Numbered from the whole stretch's first letter, positions 27,625 through 38,360 are shown. The stretch is 63,838 nucleotides of DNA, filler included, from Coriobacteriales bacterium (GCA_031263105.1; 5 parts of 5 records of this genome joined end to end with filler, not necessarily neighbours in it), one strand, 5' to 3'. Notes: a model not told the origin generated them from the sequence alone. A program made the numbers and translations.

Positions 27625-30600
27625 TCAGTGCGCGACAGCGTCCCGGGCGGGGACGGCGCCGATGCCCAGGAAGGACTCGAGCTCGGCGGCGAGGTCGGGG
27701 GAGTCCCCGTCGACCGTCGTCGGCAGCTCCGCGCGAAGCTTCCTGCCGTCGGCATGCGCGAGGAAGAGCACCACGGGCACGGGGCCGGGGTGGCGGCGCA
27801 GCGTCCGCGAGAGCCTGTCGCTCGTCTGCTGGTTGAAGTCCTCCGAGCGGAGCCTCAGCTCCATCACACGGGGGGCGCGAGGGGCGTTCTCCAACGAGAG
27901 CCGCCGCGCCTCGGTCACGATTATCTGCTGGCCGCGGTCCGTCGACTCGTAGCGGCAGCGCACGCGCACGATGGCGTCGTGGCCGTCGTCGCCCGGCTCG
28001 AGCTCACGGCCGCTCTCCTCGAAGTAGCGGGGGAACATGATCGCCTCGATGGAACCCTCGGTGTCCTCGAGCATGAAGCGCGCCATGCGCTCGCCCTTCT
28101 TGGAGACCAAGGGGGTCAGGGCACTGACCATGCCCGCCAGCGTGATGACGGTGCCCTGGGGAACCTTCGTCTGGCCGGACGCCCCTCCGCCGCCCTCGCC
28201 GCCCTCGGCGCCCTCTGCGTCCACCTGGTCGTCGTCGGTGGCCGCGAACACCCCGAGCGAGTAGTCGCTGTTCTTCCTCAGCAGGCCTGCATAGGGGCTG
28301 AGCGGATGGCCGGAGACGTAGAGTTTGAGTATCTCCCGTTCGAAGCCGAGCTTCGTGTAGCGGTCCCACTCCACGCCGTCCGGCTCGGGGATGACCTCCT
28401 CGAAGCCGGATTCGATGCCGCTCTGCTCGAACATGTCGAAGAGCGAGGACTGGCCGCCCATCCGGTCGCGATGGCGCTTGGCGGCGATGTCCATGAGGCC
28501 GTCGTTCTCCACAAAGCGCATCATCTGCCTGCGGGTATAGCCGGTCGAGTCGAAGCCGCCCGCCTTGATGAGCGACTCGATGGCCGCCTTGTTGCAGAGG
28601 GTGTTGTTGATGCGGTAGACGAAGTCGTGCAGCGAGGCGAAGCGCCCGTTGCGCTCGCGCTCCTCGCGTATCCGGTCGGCAGCGCCCTCGCCCACGCCCC
28701 GGATGCCCGCGAGTCCGAAACGTATGCCTTCCGCGAGCGGGGTGAACTCGCGGTCCGAGGAGTTCACGTCGGGCGCGAGCACGTCGATGCCGCTCTGCTT
28801 GCAGGCCGCGATGTACTGTGTGAGGCGGTCGGCCTTCCCCACGAAGCTCGAGAGCACGGCCGCCATGTACTCCTTGGGGTAGTAGGTCTTCAGCCATGCC
28901 GTCTGCATGACGAGGATGGCATAGGCGGCCGAGTGGGACTTGTTGAAGGCGTACTCCGCGAACTTCTCCACGTCGTCCCAGATGGACTGCGCGAGGTCGC
29001 GGCGGAAGCCGTTGCGCTCCGCCCCGCCGAGCCAGTGCTCCTTCATGGTCTCGTGGGTGCCGTCGGCCCAGTCCATGGGCTTCTTGGTCATGAGGTCGCT
29101 GTCCTTTTTGGCCATGGCCTTGCGGATGCGGTCGCTCTCCCCTGCCGTGAAGCCGCTCATCTGCATCGAGATGCGCATGACCTGCTCCTGGTAGACGATG
29201 GCCCCGTAGGTCTCCTTGAGGATGTCCGCAAGCCGGTCGTCGTAGTAGACGATCTTGCGCTTGCCGGTCTTGCGCGCGACGAAGTCGTCCACCATCCCCG
29301 AGTTGAGGGGGCCGGGACGGAACAGCGCGATGGCGGCGACGACGTCCGAGTAGCGGTCTATGCGCATCTGGCGGATGAGCGTGGTCATGCCGGGGCTTTC
29401 CACCTGGAACACGCCTGCGGTGTCGCCGCGCGCCAAAAGCTCGAACACCTTGGAATCGTCGAGCGGGATGGCGTCGAGGTCGATGTCGATGCCGTGGCTG
29501 CGCTTGACGTAGATGCAGGCCTTCTGCAGCACGTTGAGGGTGCGCAGGCCGAGGAAGTCCATCTTGAGCAGGCCGAGCTCCGCGTTGCAGGTGCCGTCGT
29601 ACTGCGTGATGATGACGCCGCCCTTGGTGTCGTACTTCACGGGGACATGGTCGTCCACGGCATCGCGGCAGATGATGACCGCGCTCGCATGCACGCTCTC
29701 GCCGCGCACCGTGCCCTCCAGCGAGAGGGCCGCGTCGATGATCCTCTTGGTCTCCGCGCTCTCGCGGTACTCCTTCACGAGGTCGGGGTTGCGCTCGCTG
29801 TTCTTCTTCCTGTCCTCATGGATGCCGAGCGAGCCCTTCAGCGTGGCGCCCGGCCCGAAGGGTATCTTCTTGGATATGTTCGCCCCTAGGTATATGGGGT
29901 AGTCGAAGACGCGGGTCGCGTCGACGATGGCCTGCTTCGCCTTCATCTTGCCGAAGGTGATCACGTGGGCGACCTTCTCGGTGCCATAGAGCTCGCGCAG
30001 GTGGTCGATGACCTTGAAGCGCCCGTCCTCGTCGAAGTCGATGTCGATGTCGGGCATCTCGGTGCGCTCCGGCGAGAGGAAGCGCTCGAAGAGCAGGCCG
30101 TTCGCCAAGGGGTCGAGGGTCGTGATGCCGAGCGCGTAGCTGATGATGGAGCCGGCGGCGCTGCCGCGCCCGGGCCCGACGCCCACGCCGTTCTCCTTCG
30201 CCCAGCGCGTGAACTCCTGGACGACGAGGAAGTAGGCGGGGAAGCCCTTGTCGCAGATGACGGCGAGCTCGTGCTCGAAGCGCTCGACGACCTCGGGCGG
30301 CAGCGGGTCGCCGTACAGGCGCTTGAGCCCCGCCAGCGACTCGCCGCGAAGCGCGCTCTCGTTCGTCTCCCCCTCGGCGAGCGGGATGGTGGGGAGGATG
30401 ATGTCGCGCGAGAGCTTGGCCTCGCACTTCTCCGCGATCTCCATTGTCGTGTCGCAGGACTCGGGGAAGTCCTTGAGCGCCTGGCGCATCTCCTCCTCCG
30501 ACTTCATGTAGAACTGGTCGCAGGAGAAGCGCATGCGGTCGGGGTCGTCGAACTTGGACGCGGTGCCGATGCAGAGCATGATGTCCTGCATGGCTGCGTC

Positions 30601-31245
30601 CTCTTTACGCAGGTAGTGCATGTCGTTTGCGGCGACCGTCTTGAGCCCCATCTCGTGCGCCAGCTCGTCGAGCATGCCGTTGAGGTGGCGCTGGTTGCTG
30701 CCGTCGCGCAGCGTGAGGCCCTGCTCCTGCAGCTCGATGTAGAAGTCGCCCGGCGCGAAGATGCCCGCGAAGCGCTCCGCCCACAGAAGGGCGTCGGGAC
30801 GGCGGTTGGCGAGCAGCATCTGGGGGACGATTCCCTGCAGGCAGGCGGAGGTCGCGATCAGGCCCTCGGCGTGGTGGCGCAGCGAGTCGAAGGTGACGCG
30901 CGGCTTGTAGTAGAAGCCGTCGACCGCCGCCGCCGAGACGACCTTGATGAGGTTGTGGTAGCCCTGCGTGGTCTTCGCAAGCAGGATCATGTGGTAGAGC
31001 TCGGGCTTCCGGTCGCGCCGAAGCTCGTTGTCCGGCGTGAAGTAGACCTCGCAGCCGAGGATGGGCTTGACGCCCTCCTTGGCGCAGGCGTTGACGAAGG
31101 AGGGCACCCCGTACATGTAGCCGTGGTCGGTGATGGCGAGCGCCGACATCCCGAACTCCTTTGCCTGCCGCGCCATGGCATCGAGCTTGGTCGCGCCGTC
31201 GAGCAGCGAGTATTCCGTGTGGTTGTGCAGGTGTATGAATCCCAT
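27625..31245 (-). CDS. dnaE: DNA polymerase III subunit alpha
   Basis: HLHNHTEYSLLDG PHP domain, GPGRGSAAGS, MPDIDIDF, LLKMDFLGL, YAFNKSHS. Confidence 0.98.
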   Translation of the reverse strand: MGFIHLHNHTEYSLLDGATKLDAMARQAKEFGMSALAITDHGYMYGVPSFVNACAKEGVKPILGCEVYFTPDNELRRDRKPELYHMILLAKTTQGYHNLIKVVSAAAVDGFYYKPRVTFDSLRHHAEGLIATSACLQGIVPQMLLANRRPDALLWAERFAGIFAPGDFYIELQEQGLTLRDGSNQRHLNGMLDELAHEMGLKTVAANDMHYLRKEDAAMQDIMLCIGTASKFDDPDRMRFSCDQFYMKSEEEMRQALKDFPESCDTTMEIAEKCEAKLSRDIILPTIPLAEGETNESALRGESLAGLKRLYGDPLPPEVVERFEHELAVICDKGFPAYFLVVQEFTRWAKENGVGVGPGRGSAAGSIISYALGITTLDPLANGLLFERFLSPERTEMPDIDIDFDEDGRFKVIDHLRELYGTEKVAHVITFGKMKAKQAIVDATRVFDYPIYLGANISKKIPFGPGATLKGSLGIHEDRKKNSERNPDLVKEYRESAETKRIIDAALSLEGTVRGESVHASAVIICRDAVDDHVPVKYDTKGGVIITQYDGTCNAELGLLKMDFLGLRTLNVLQKACIYVKRSHGIDIDLDAIPLDDSKVFELLARGDTAGVFQVESPGMTTLIRQMRIDRYSDVVAAIALFRPGPLNSGMVDDFVARKTGKRKIVYYDDRLADILKETYGAIVYQEQVMRISMQMSGFTAGESDRIRKAMAKKDSDLMTKKPMDWADGTHETMKEHWLGGAERNGFRRDLAQSIWDDVEKFAEYAFNKSHSAAYAILVMQTAWLKTYYPKEYMAAVLSSFVGKADRLTQYIAACKQSGIDVLAPDVNSSDREFTPLAEGIRFGLAGIRGVGEGAADRIREERERNGRFASLHDFVYRINNTLCNKAAIESLIKAGGFDSTGYTRRQMMRFVENDGLMDIAAKRHRDRMGGQSSLFDMFEQSGIESGFEEVIPEPDGVEWDRYTKLGFEREILKLYVSGHPLSPYAGLLRKNSDYSLGVFAATDDDQVDAEGAEGGEGGGGASGQTKVPQGTVITLAGMVSALTPLVSKKGERMARFMLEDTEGSIEAIMFPRYFEESGRELEPGDDGHDAIVRVRCRYESTDRGQQIIVTEARRLSLENAPRAPRVMELRLRSEDFNQQTSDRLSRTLRRHPGPVPVVLFLAHADGRKLRAELPTTVDGDSPDLAAELESFLGIGAVPARDAVAH

Positions 31246-31275
31246 GTCCCTTGCCGCGCTACCTTCCTTGGCTTG

Positions 31276-31566
31276 CTATCGTTCGCTGTCTATGACGGTG
31301 CGGTACCCGCCCGTCCCGTAGTTGAGGCACTTCGAGACGCGGGCGATGGTCGCCGCCGAGGCGCCGGTCCGCTCCTGTATGCGCGTGTAGGACTCGCCCG
31401 CGTCGAGCATGAGGGCGACCGTGAGGCGCTGGGCCATCTCATGGACCTCGCGGATCGTGCAGAGGTCCTCCATGAGGGCCTCGACCTGCGCAGGGTCCCC
31501 GGACGCGGCAAAGGCCCGGTACAGCCGTTGCAGCTCCTTATCCGAGGCACGTTTCGCAACCGTCAT
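31276..31566 (-). CDS. YerC/YecD family TrpR-related protein
   Basis: EDLCTI.E...MAQRL.VA..L...TGAS.ATI.RV..CL.YG.GGY. Confidence 0.9.
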   Translation of the reverse strand: MTVAKRASDKELQRLYRAFAASGDPAQVEALMEDLCTIREVHEMAQRLTVALMLDAGESYTRIQERTGASAATIARVSKCLNYGTGGYRTVIDSER

Positions 31567-31766
31567 GACGTCTCTCCTTGGGGCAGGCACCGAGGGAACT
31601 TCCCTGGTTCCCATTATAGCGCTTGCCGCCCGCACGTCGTCGAGATGACACCCTGCCGCCCCGAGCCCCCGCCCCCCGCCCCCGAGCCCCCACTGTCAGT
31701 CCGTGGCTGCCCGGGAATATTCGTCCGCGGCGCGGTCGACTGCATTCGGAAGGCGCCGCGGGCCGC

Positions 31767-31866
31767 NNNNNNNNNNNNNNNNNNNNNNNNNNNNNNNNNN
31801 NNNNNNNNNNTTAATTAATTAANNNNNNNNNNNNNNNNNNNNNNNNNNNNNNNNNNNNNNNNNNNN
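31767..31866. other. Artificial contig-join spacer
   Basis: N run with TTAATTAATTAA. Confidence 0.98.
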
Positions 31867-32135
31867 ATCCCGAGCCCCCACTGCCATCCCGAGCCCCCAC
31901 TGCCATCCCGAGCCCCCACTGCCATCCCGAGCCCCCACTGCCATCCCGAGCCCCCACTGCCATTCCGAGCCCCCACTGTCATTCCGAGCCTGCCGAGGAA
32001 TCCTCGACCGCGCCAGCGGTCGACTGCGGGCAGATGCGTCTCCCGGCCGCAGTTGGTCGCTTCGCGACCAAAGATCCTTCGGCTGCGGGGCTTCGCCCCT
32101 TCGCTCAGGATGACAGTGGGGGTGTGAACAGTAGC
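31867..32135. repeat. Family-2 element at the contig start with tandem CCCCCACTGCCATCCCGAG units
   Basis: About six 19-bp units, then the element body, ending in GTGTGAACAGTAGC. Confidence 0.85.
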
Positions 32136-32191
32136 CGGAAGGCGGCGTGCAATGATTGATCATCGCTTCCCTGGGGACGGCCTGTGCCCCT

Positions 32192-33592
32192 TCACTTTCC
32201 GGCGGCGAGGGGGATGTCCTGGTCGGCCATCTCGTCGAGGTTGCCGTCGTAGACGAAGTGCTTGGTCTCGCGGGCTATGAGGGCCGAGAGCCCTATGATG
32301 GCCACGAGGTTGGGGAGGGCCATAAGGGCGTTGAAGGTGTCCGCCATGTTCCATACCAGCGAGATGGTGCCTAGGGTCCCGAGGAAGATCGTGACGCAGT
32401 AGAGGATGCGATAGGGCACGAGCGCCTTCTTGCCGAGCAGGTAGTCGATGCAGCGGTCGCCGTAATACGACCAACCGAGGATCGTGGTATAGGCGAAGGT
32501 CACCATGCCGAACACGAGCACAGGCACGCCGATATAGGGTATCTGGGAGAACGCGACGGTGGTGAGCGTGGCGCCGTTGCCGCTGGTGAAATCGGCTGCC
32601 AGCTCGGGATGCGAGAGGATGGTGCTGACGAGCACGAGGCCGGTCATCAGGCAGATGACCACCGTGTCCCAGAAGGTGCCGGTCATCGAGATGAGGGCCT
32701 GGCGGGCGGGGTTGGTGGTCCGTGCGGCGGCGGCTGCCAGAGGCGCGGAACCCAGGCCCGACTCGTTGGAGAAGATGCCCCGGGCCACGCCGAAGCGGGC
32801 GGCGGCAGCGATGGTGGAGCCGATGAAGCCGCCTGCAGCGGCCTGCGGCACGAATGCGGACTGCACGATGAGCGCCAGCGAAGGCACAAGGAAGTTCCAG
32901 TTGAAGCCCAAGATGATGAGGCAGCCCGCCACATAGACGATCGCCATGAAGGGGACCAGCTTCTCGCAGACGCGGGCGATGGCCTTGATGCCGCCGAAGG
33001 TCACAAGCGCCGTCAGGAGCATGAGGAAGATGCCGACCGTCCAGCCGGGGATGCCCACGTTCTCCTCCACGATCGTCGCGACGGCGTTGGCCTGCACCAT
33101 CGAGCCGATGCCGAAGGAGGCAAGCCCCGCAAAGGCGCAGAACAGTATCGCGAGCCACTTCTGTTTGAGGCCCCGCTCCAGCGCGTACATGGCGCCGCCG
33201 AGCATGGTGCCGCTCTCGGTCCTCACGCGGTACTTCACGCCCACGTAGGACTCGGCGTACTTGGTCGCGATGCCGAAGATGCCGGTGAGCCATATCCAGA
33301 AGACCGCGCCGGGCCCGCCGAGGGCGATGGCGGTGCCCACGCCGACGATGTTGCCGGTGCCGATGGTCGGTGCCAGCGCCGTGGCGAGCGCGGCGAAGGG
33401 GCTGATGTCGCCCTGCTCGCTGGGGTCGCGCGTCACGGAGAGCTTAATGCCCGTGAATATCTTGCGCTGGATGAAGCCCGTGCGCACCGTCATGAAGACG
33501 TGCGTGCCCATGAGGATGAGTATCATGGGCAGGCCCCAGAGCGCCCCGTTAAGGGCCTCGAAGACTCCGTTGAGCAGTGCGCCGATATCCAC
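32192..33592 (-). CDS. Alanine/glycine:cation symporter (AlsT/AGCS family)
   Basis: TIGTGNIVGV, GGPGAVFW.W, RGIFSNESGLGS, FWDT.V.C.MTG, MALPNL. Confidence 0.93.
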   Translation of the reverse strand: MDIGALLNGVFEALNGALWGLPMILILMGTHVFMTVRTGFIQRKIFTGIKLSVTRDPSEQGDISPFAALATALAPTIGTGNIVGVGTAIALGGPGAVFWIWLTGIFGIATKYAESYVGVKYRVRTESGTMLGGAMYALERGLKQKWLAILFCAFAGLASFGIGSMVQANAVATIVEENVGIPGWTVGIFLMLLTALVTFGGIKAIARVCEKLVPFMAIVYVAGCLIILGFNWNFLVPSLALIVQSAFVPQAAAGGFIGSTIAAAARFGVARGIFSNESGLGSAPLAAAAARTTNPARQALISMTGTFWDTVVICLMTGLVLVSTILSHPELAADFTSGNGATLTTVAFSQIPYIGVPVLVFGMVTFAYTTILGWSYYGDRCIDYLLGKKALVPYRILYCVTIFLGTLGTISLVWNMADTFNALMALPNLVAIIGLSALIARETKHFVYDGNLDEMADQDIPLAAGK

Positions 33593-33692
33593 AAAGACCC
33601 CCTGACCATAGGCGTGAGCAGTATGTGAGCAGTGTAAGAGAAACAGCCTTTCGCAGTGTAGCGATAAACCCGGCTCTTGGGAAGGGGGAGCC

Positions 33693-36161
33693 CTAAAGCA
33701 GGTCGAGGGGGTCGATGTCGATGGAGACGTTGACGCCGTGCACCGCCTTGCGTCCTTTGGAGAGAGGGGCGAGCAGGCCGGGCAGGTCGCATCCGAGGCC
33801 CGCCTTGAGGAGGATGTGCCAACGGTAGCTGCCCTGGCGCTTGGAAAGCACGCAAGGGCTGGGGCCGAGCAGCTGGACGTCAGGAACACAAAAGCCACCG
33901 TCCCCTTTGTGCTTCCCGTCCCCTTTGTGCTCCCCCTGATGCGCGTCCCCCGTTCCCAGCATGCCCTCGATCTGGGCGGCGAGTGCCATGGCCTCCTGCG
34001 AGACCGCGTGGGGGTCGGGGCCCCACAGGAGGATGTTCGCGAGGCGCGTGTAGGGGGGGTAGCCCAGTTCGGAGCGTGCAGCGCGCTCGTCGTCGAGCAG
34101 GAGGTGGCGGTCGTGGGCGGCGGCGGCGCGTATCGCGACGTGGCCTGGCCAGTAGGTCTGGACGATGACGCGCCCGTCCTTCTCCGCACGTCCTGCCCGC
34201 CCTGCGACCTGTTCGAGCAGCTGGTAGGTGCGTTCCGGCGCACGGAAGTCGGGGAGCTTGAGGGAGGTGTCCGCGATGAGGACGCCGACGAGGGTGACCT
34301 CGGGGAAGTCGAGTCCCTTGGCTATCATCTGGGTGCCGAGCAGCACGCCGTAGGGCGCGGTGCCGAACTCGTCGAGGCAACGCTCGTGGCCGTCCTTGCC
34401 GCGCGTGGTGTCGGCGTCCATGCGGACGAGGGGAGTGCCGCTGGGCAGGAGGGCCTTGAGCTGGTCGAAGGCGAACTGGGTGCCGGGCCCGAGCTGCTTG
34501 AGGTAGGGGCTTCCGCATTCCGGGCAGAGGGGAGGCACGGGCTGGACGCCGCCGCAGTGGTGGCACATGAGGCGCGGCGGGCGCTCGTGATAGGTGAACG
34601 AGGTGGCGCAGCTTTCGCAGGTGGGCACATAGCCGCAGTCGCGGCACAGCAAAAAGGACGCGAAGCCGCGCTTGTTGAGCAGCAGCACCGCCTTCTCCCT
34701 GCGCTCGACGACCTCAAGGAGGGCCTCCCTGAGCGGATGCGAGAACATCGTCTTGTTGCCGGCGCCGAACTGCACGGAGAGGTCGACGACCTGGATGGGG
34801 GGCAGCGGCCTGCCGGAGGCGCGCTCGGGAAGCGTTGCGGAGGCATAGGCACCGGTCTCGACCGCGTAAAGGGCCTCCATCGAGGGCGTGGCGCTGCCGA
34901 GGACGAGCGTCGCCCCACGGAGCCGCGCCAGCTGGGCCGCCACCTCGCGCGCCACATAGCGCGGCGACGAGTTCTGCTTGTAGGTGGCCTCGTGCTCCTC
35001 GTCGATGACGATGAGGCGCAGCCCGTGCACGGGCGCGAAGAGCGCCGAGCGCGCACCGACGGCCACATGGGCGGTGCCGCTGCGCAGAAGGTCCCACTGG
35101 TCGAAGCGCTCGCCTGCGGAAAGGCGCGAGTGCAGCACGGCCACCTCGTCGCCGAAGCGCGCACGGAAACGCGCCACCGTCTGCGGCGTGAGCGATATCT
35201 CGGGCACGAGCACGATGGCCCCGCCGCCCGCGTCGAGCACCGTGCGTATCGCCTGAAGGTAGACCTCCGTCTTGCCGGAGCCCGTCACCCCGTCGAGCAG
35301 GATGGGGAGAGGGGCGGCCGCCGCGAGCGAGCGCCGTATGAGTGCCAGGGCGTCGCGTTGCCCGGGGGTCAGGTCTGCGATGTCGTGCGTGGCGGGGCGC
35401 GCCTTGGGCGTACCTCGGATGCGGCGGCGCGACTCGATGCGCACGAGGCCCTGCCGCTCGAGCGCCTTGAGCGAGGCGGCAGGGTTGCGTATCTCCAGGC
35501 CGAGTTCGCTGACGCGCATCTCGCTGATCTCGAGCGCCTTGACGATGGCCCGTTGCTTGACGGCGTTGCGCCTGGGCGTGAAGCCGTGCCCTGCCTCGGT
35601 GAGGGCCACCCAGCGGTCGTCCACGGGGCCTGCGCCGGCGGCGTCGAGCCGCCATGTCCCGTCCGCGTCCTTCTTCAGCCGTGGCGAGGAGCCGGGCGGG
35701 GCGAACAGGCGGACGGCCTCGCTGAGGCAGGCAAGGTACTCGCGGGCGATCCACTGGGCGAGACAGGCGGCCGTCTCGTCGAAGCAGGGGTCGGAGAGCA
35801 CCTCGCGAAGCGGCTTGATCCTCTCGGTGCCCACGTCGCTGGAAGGCTGTGTGCGCAGCGCCACGACAAAGCCGAGCGAGGGGCGGCGGGCAAAGTCCAC
35901 GAGCACGCAGCATCCGACCTTCGTCTGTGCGCGCAGCCCGTCGGGGACGACGTAATCGAAGGCGGCGTCCAGTGCGCGCGCCGGGATGTCGAGGACCACC
36001 TGCGCATACAGGTGTGACGGAGGGGGCGGCGACAGAGGGGACGGTACGATTCTGTCACAGTCCCCTCCGTCGGCTCTTTCTGTCGCCCTGCGTGAACTGT
36101 GAGAAAACCGTACCGTCCCCTCTGTCGCCGCCCCCTCCGTCACACGCGCGGCGTCGCTCAC
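33693..36161 (-). CDS. priA: Primosomal protein N' (replication restart helicase) with two in-frame REP insertions
   Basis: GVTGSGKT, LVPEISLTPQ, DEEHE, four CxxC, GTQMIAKGLDF, QVAGRAGR. The GTG start overlaps the upstream stop (GTGA). Confidence 0.95.
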   Translation of the reverse strand: MSDAARVTEGAATEGTVRFSHSSRRATERADGGDCDRIVPSPLSPPPPSHLYAQVVLDIPARALDAAFDYVVPDGLRAQTKVGCCVLVDFARRPSLGFVVALRTQPSSDVGTERIKPLREVLSDPCFDETAACLAQWIAREYLACLSEAVRLFAPPGSSPRLKKDADGTWRLDAAGAGPVDDRWVALTEAGHGFTPRRNAVKQRAIVKALEISEMRVSELGLEIRNPAASLKALERQGLVRIESRRRIRGTPKARPATHDIADLTPGQRDALALIRRSLAAAAPLPILLDGVTGSGKTEVYLQAIRTVLDAGGGAIVLVPEISLTPQTVARFRARFGDEVAVLHSRLSAGERFDQWDLLRSGTAHVAVGARSALFAPVHGLRLIVIDEEHEATYKQNSSPRYVAREVAAQLARLRGATLVLGSATPSMEALYAVETGAYASATLPERASGRPLPPIQVVDLSVQFGAGNKTMFSHPLREALLEVVERREKAVLLLNKRGFASFLLCRDCGYVPTCESCATSFTYHERPPRLMCHHCGGVQPVPPLCPECGSPYLKQLGPGTQFAFDQLKALLPSGTPLVRMDADTTRGKDGHERCLDEFGTAPYGVLLGTQMIAKGLDFPEVTLVGVLIADTSLKLPDFRAPERTYQLLEQVAGRAGRAEKDGRVIVQTYWPGHVAIRAAAAHDRHLLLDDERAARSELGYPPYTRLANILLWGPDPHAVSQEAMALAAQIEGMLGTGDAHQGEHKGDGKHKGDGGFCVPDVQLLGPSPCVLSKRQGSYRWHILLKAGLGCDLPGLLAPLSKGRKAVHGVNVSIDIDPLDLL
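36012..36145. repeat. Family-1 REPIN inside the 5' coding region of priA
   Basis: GTGTGACGGAGGGGGCGGCGACAGAGGGGACGGTACG... with its reverse complement ending at 36145. Confidence 0.9.
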
Positions 36162-37078
36162 AGAGGAACGCCCTGGGGCATGAGGACGTCAAGGGCATCG
36201 GGGAGCAGCTCGATGTCGAAATGCGTGCCCCATACCGGCTCCCCGTCGCATTGGACGGGAATCTCCTGGTCGAGGTCGATGGTCAGCTGCCGTGCGGTCA
36301 GCGTCTGGATGCAGGAGAGGTGCTCATGCCCGCCCCGCATGATGAGGAGCAGGGCATAGAGCGCCTTCAAGGTGTTGATGTCGGTCGCCATGCAGATGTT
36401 GAACAGGCCGTCGTTGGCGTGTGCGCTGGGTGCGATGCGGAAGCCGCCGCCGTAGGTCGGCCCGTTCTGGATGGCGCAGATGAGCAGGTTCTGCTCGAGC
36501 GTCGTGTCGTTGTCGATGGCGAGGGAGAAGCGGTGCGACCTGAGCTCCTTGAGGATGGAGGAGACCGCAGCGCGTGCGTACAGGAGGAGGCCGCGGTCGC
36601 GGGCGCCCTTGCGGAGCTCGACGGTCTTGAGGGCGACGGCGGCATCGACGCCGAAGCTCAGGGTCTCGAGGAAGAACGTCCCGTTGCAGCGGCCGACGTC
36701 GATGGCGGCCTGTGTGCCCTCCGCGAGCATGGCGAGGGCGCGCTTGGGGTTGAAGGGGATGCCGAGGGTCCGGGCGAAGTCGTTGCCCGAGCCGATCGGG
36801 ATCATGGTGAGTGCAGGACGCTCCTTGCGCGGGCGCTGCATGATGCCCTGTGCGATGCTGTGGACGGTGCCGTCGCCGCCGACGGCGATGATGATGCCCG
36901 CGTCCGAGGTGGCGCCCAGCTCGGTGCCGTCCTCGCAGGTCGTCGTCTCGACGATCCGGTACTCGTAGTCGGAGAACAGCGCCCTGAAGCGCGGCGTGAG
37001 CTCGTTCCAGAGCCTGCGGCCGGAGTTGCTTGCAGCACAGGGGTTCACCGCTACCAGTATCTGCCTGAGGTCCCTCAT
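36158..37078 (-). CDS. Diacylglycerol/lipid kinase family protein
   Basis: VNP.A, AVGGDGT, P.GSGNDFAR, NG..YGGG, DGE. Confidence 0.92.
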   Translation of the reverse strand: MRDLRQILVAVNPCAASNSGRRLWNELTPRFRALFSDYEYRIVETTTCEDGTELGATSDAGIIIAVGGDGTVHSIAQGIMQRPRKERPALTMIPIGSGNDFARTLGIPFNPKRALAMLAEGTQAAIDVGRCNGTFFLETLSFGVDAAVALKTVELRKGARDRGLLLYARAAVSSILKELRSHRFSLAIDNDTTLEQNLLICAIQNGPTYGGGFRIAPSAHANDGLFNICMATDINTLKALYALLLIMRGGHEHLSCIQTLTARQLTIDLDQEIPVQCDGEPVWGTHFDIELLPDALDVLMPQGVPL

Positions 37079-37175
37079 GCGCAGGGGCTTTCAAGGAGCA
37101 CGGCGCGGCGGGAGGCGGCGAACCCGGTCGCAGCGTGGCGGGCGGCGGCGGTGCGGACGGGCGGTGCGGCAGTTT

Positions 37176-38027
37176 TCATGAACGGGGCCTTTCAAGGGGG
37201 ACAAGGCGGCGGTCGCCGGTGCGCGTGGGCACCGTCACGTGGGCGTAGCCGGCCGCATGCAGGGCGGCATAGGCACGGTCGATGTCGCGCCCTACGTCGC
37301 AGGGGGCATGGGCGTCCGAGGACACCGTGCAGCCGACCCCTGCGTCATGGAAGGCCCTGAGCAGGTCGGGTGCGGGGTACAGCTCGCCGACGGGCTTGTG
37401 CAGCCCCGAGGTGTTCACCTCTACGAGCACGTCGGCGGCAGCGGCGGCCTGCGCCATCGTCTCGTACATCTCTCGCGGGTCGAACGTGGGCTTGAACCCG
37501 AGCTTCTTGGGCAGGTCTGGGTGGGTCATGACGGTGAAGGGCACCGCACTTCTCACCGCATCGCACCAAAGCCGCAGGTAGTGCTCCCACACGTGCTCCT
37601 CGCCGCGCTCGGCCCAGCCGCCTATGCAGCTGGGATGGTCGAACTCCCACACCGTGCCGTCGGCGTTCGAGAGCATGTGCACGGAGCCGAGGACGATCTC
37701 GTAGGGCGCCCCCGGCGTGCCCAGCTGCTGGAGCAGGTAGCCCTCGGCGCCCTCGCGCCAGTCGACCTCGACGCCGCACAGGACCTCTATCCCGGGATGT
37801 GCCGCGCGTGCCCGGGCGACCTCTGCGAGGTAGGGGGCGACCTGCTCGGCGGTCATGGCAAAGCTGCCCGTGGGATCGACCTCGGGCGGGAGCGGCAGGT
37901 GCTCGGTGAGCGCGACGGTCGAAAGCCCGCGCGCGACGGCCGCCGCCACGACCTCCTCGACCGTGCCGGTGCCGTGCCCCGAGTACCACGTGTGGGTATG
38001 TAGGTCGATGAATTCCATGGCATCCAC
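37176..38027 (-). CDS. Histidinol-phosphatase, HisJ/PHP family
   Basis: DLHTHT..SGH, LTEH, GVEVD, LGSVH, HPDL.K, EVNTSG, SSDAH. Confidence 0.9.
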   Translation of the reverse strand: MDAMEFIDLHTHTWYSGHGTGTVEEVVAAAVARGLSTVALTEHLPLPPEVDPTGSFAMTAEQVAPYLAEVARARAAHPGIEVLCGVEVDWREGAEGYLLQQLGTPGAPYEIVLGSVHMLSNADGTVWEFDHPSCIGGWAERGEEHVWEHYLRLWCDAVRSAVPFTVMTHPDLPKKLGFKPTFDPREMYETMAQAAAAADVLVEVNTSGLHKPVGELYPAPDLLRAFHDAGVGCTVSSDAHAPCDVGRDIDRAYAALHAAGYAHVTVPTRTGDRRLVPLERPRS

Positions 38028-38047
38028 TCTAGCATATCACCCGTTCC

Positions 38048-38360
38048 GTTACTGTTCACACCTCCACTGCCACCCCGGCCCCCACTGTTATCCGTTACTG
38101 TTCACACCCCCACCGTCACCCCGGCCCCCCGCTGCCGCCCCGGCCCCCCACCGTTACCCCGGACCCCGCTGCCGCCCCGGGCCCCCGCTGTCACCCCGAG
38201 CCCCCACTGCCATTCCGAGCCCCCCCTGTCAGTCCGCGCTCCGCGAGGAATCCTCGGCTGCGAAGCAGCCGACCGCAGGCCGAGGCGCCTCCTGGCCGCA
38301 GTCGACCGCTGGCGCGGTCGAGGATCCCTCGGCAGGCTCGGGATGACAGTGGGCAGCAAC
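38048..38360. mobile_element. Family-2 MITE-like element inserted at the xdhC stop codon
   Basis: GTTACTGTTCACAC left TIR. Flanks CCCGTTCC (38040-38047) and CCCGTCCC (38361-38368). Confidence 0.8.
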
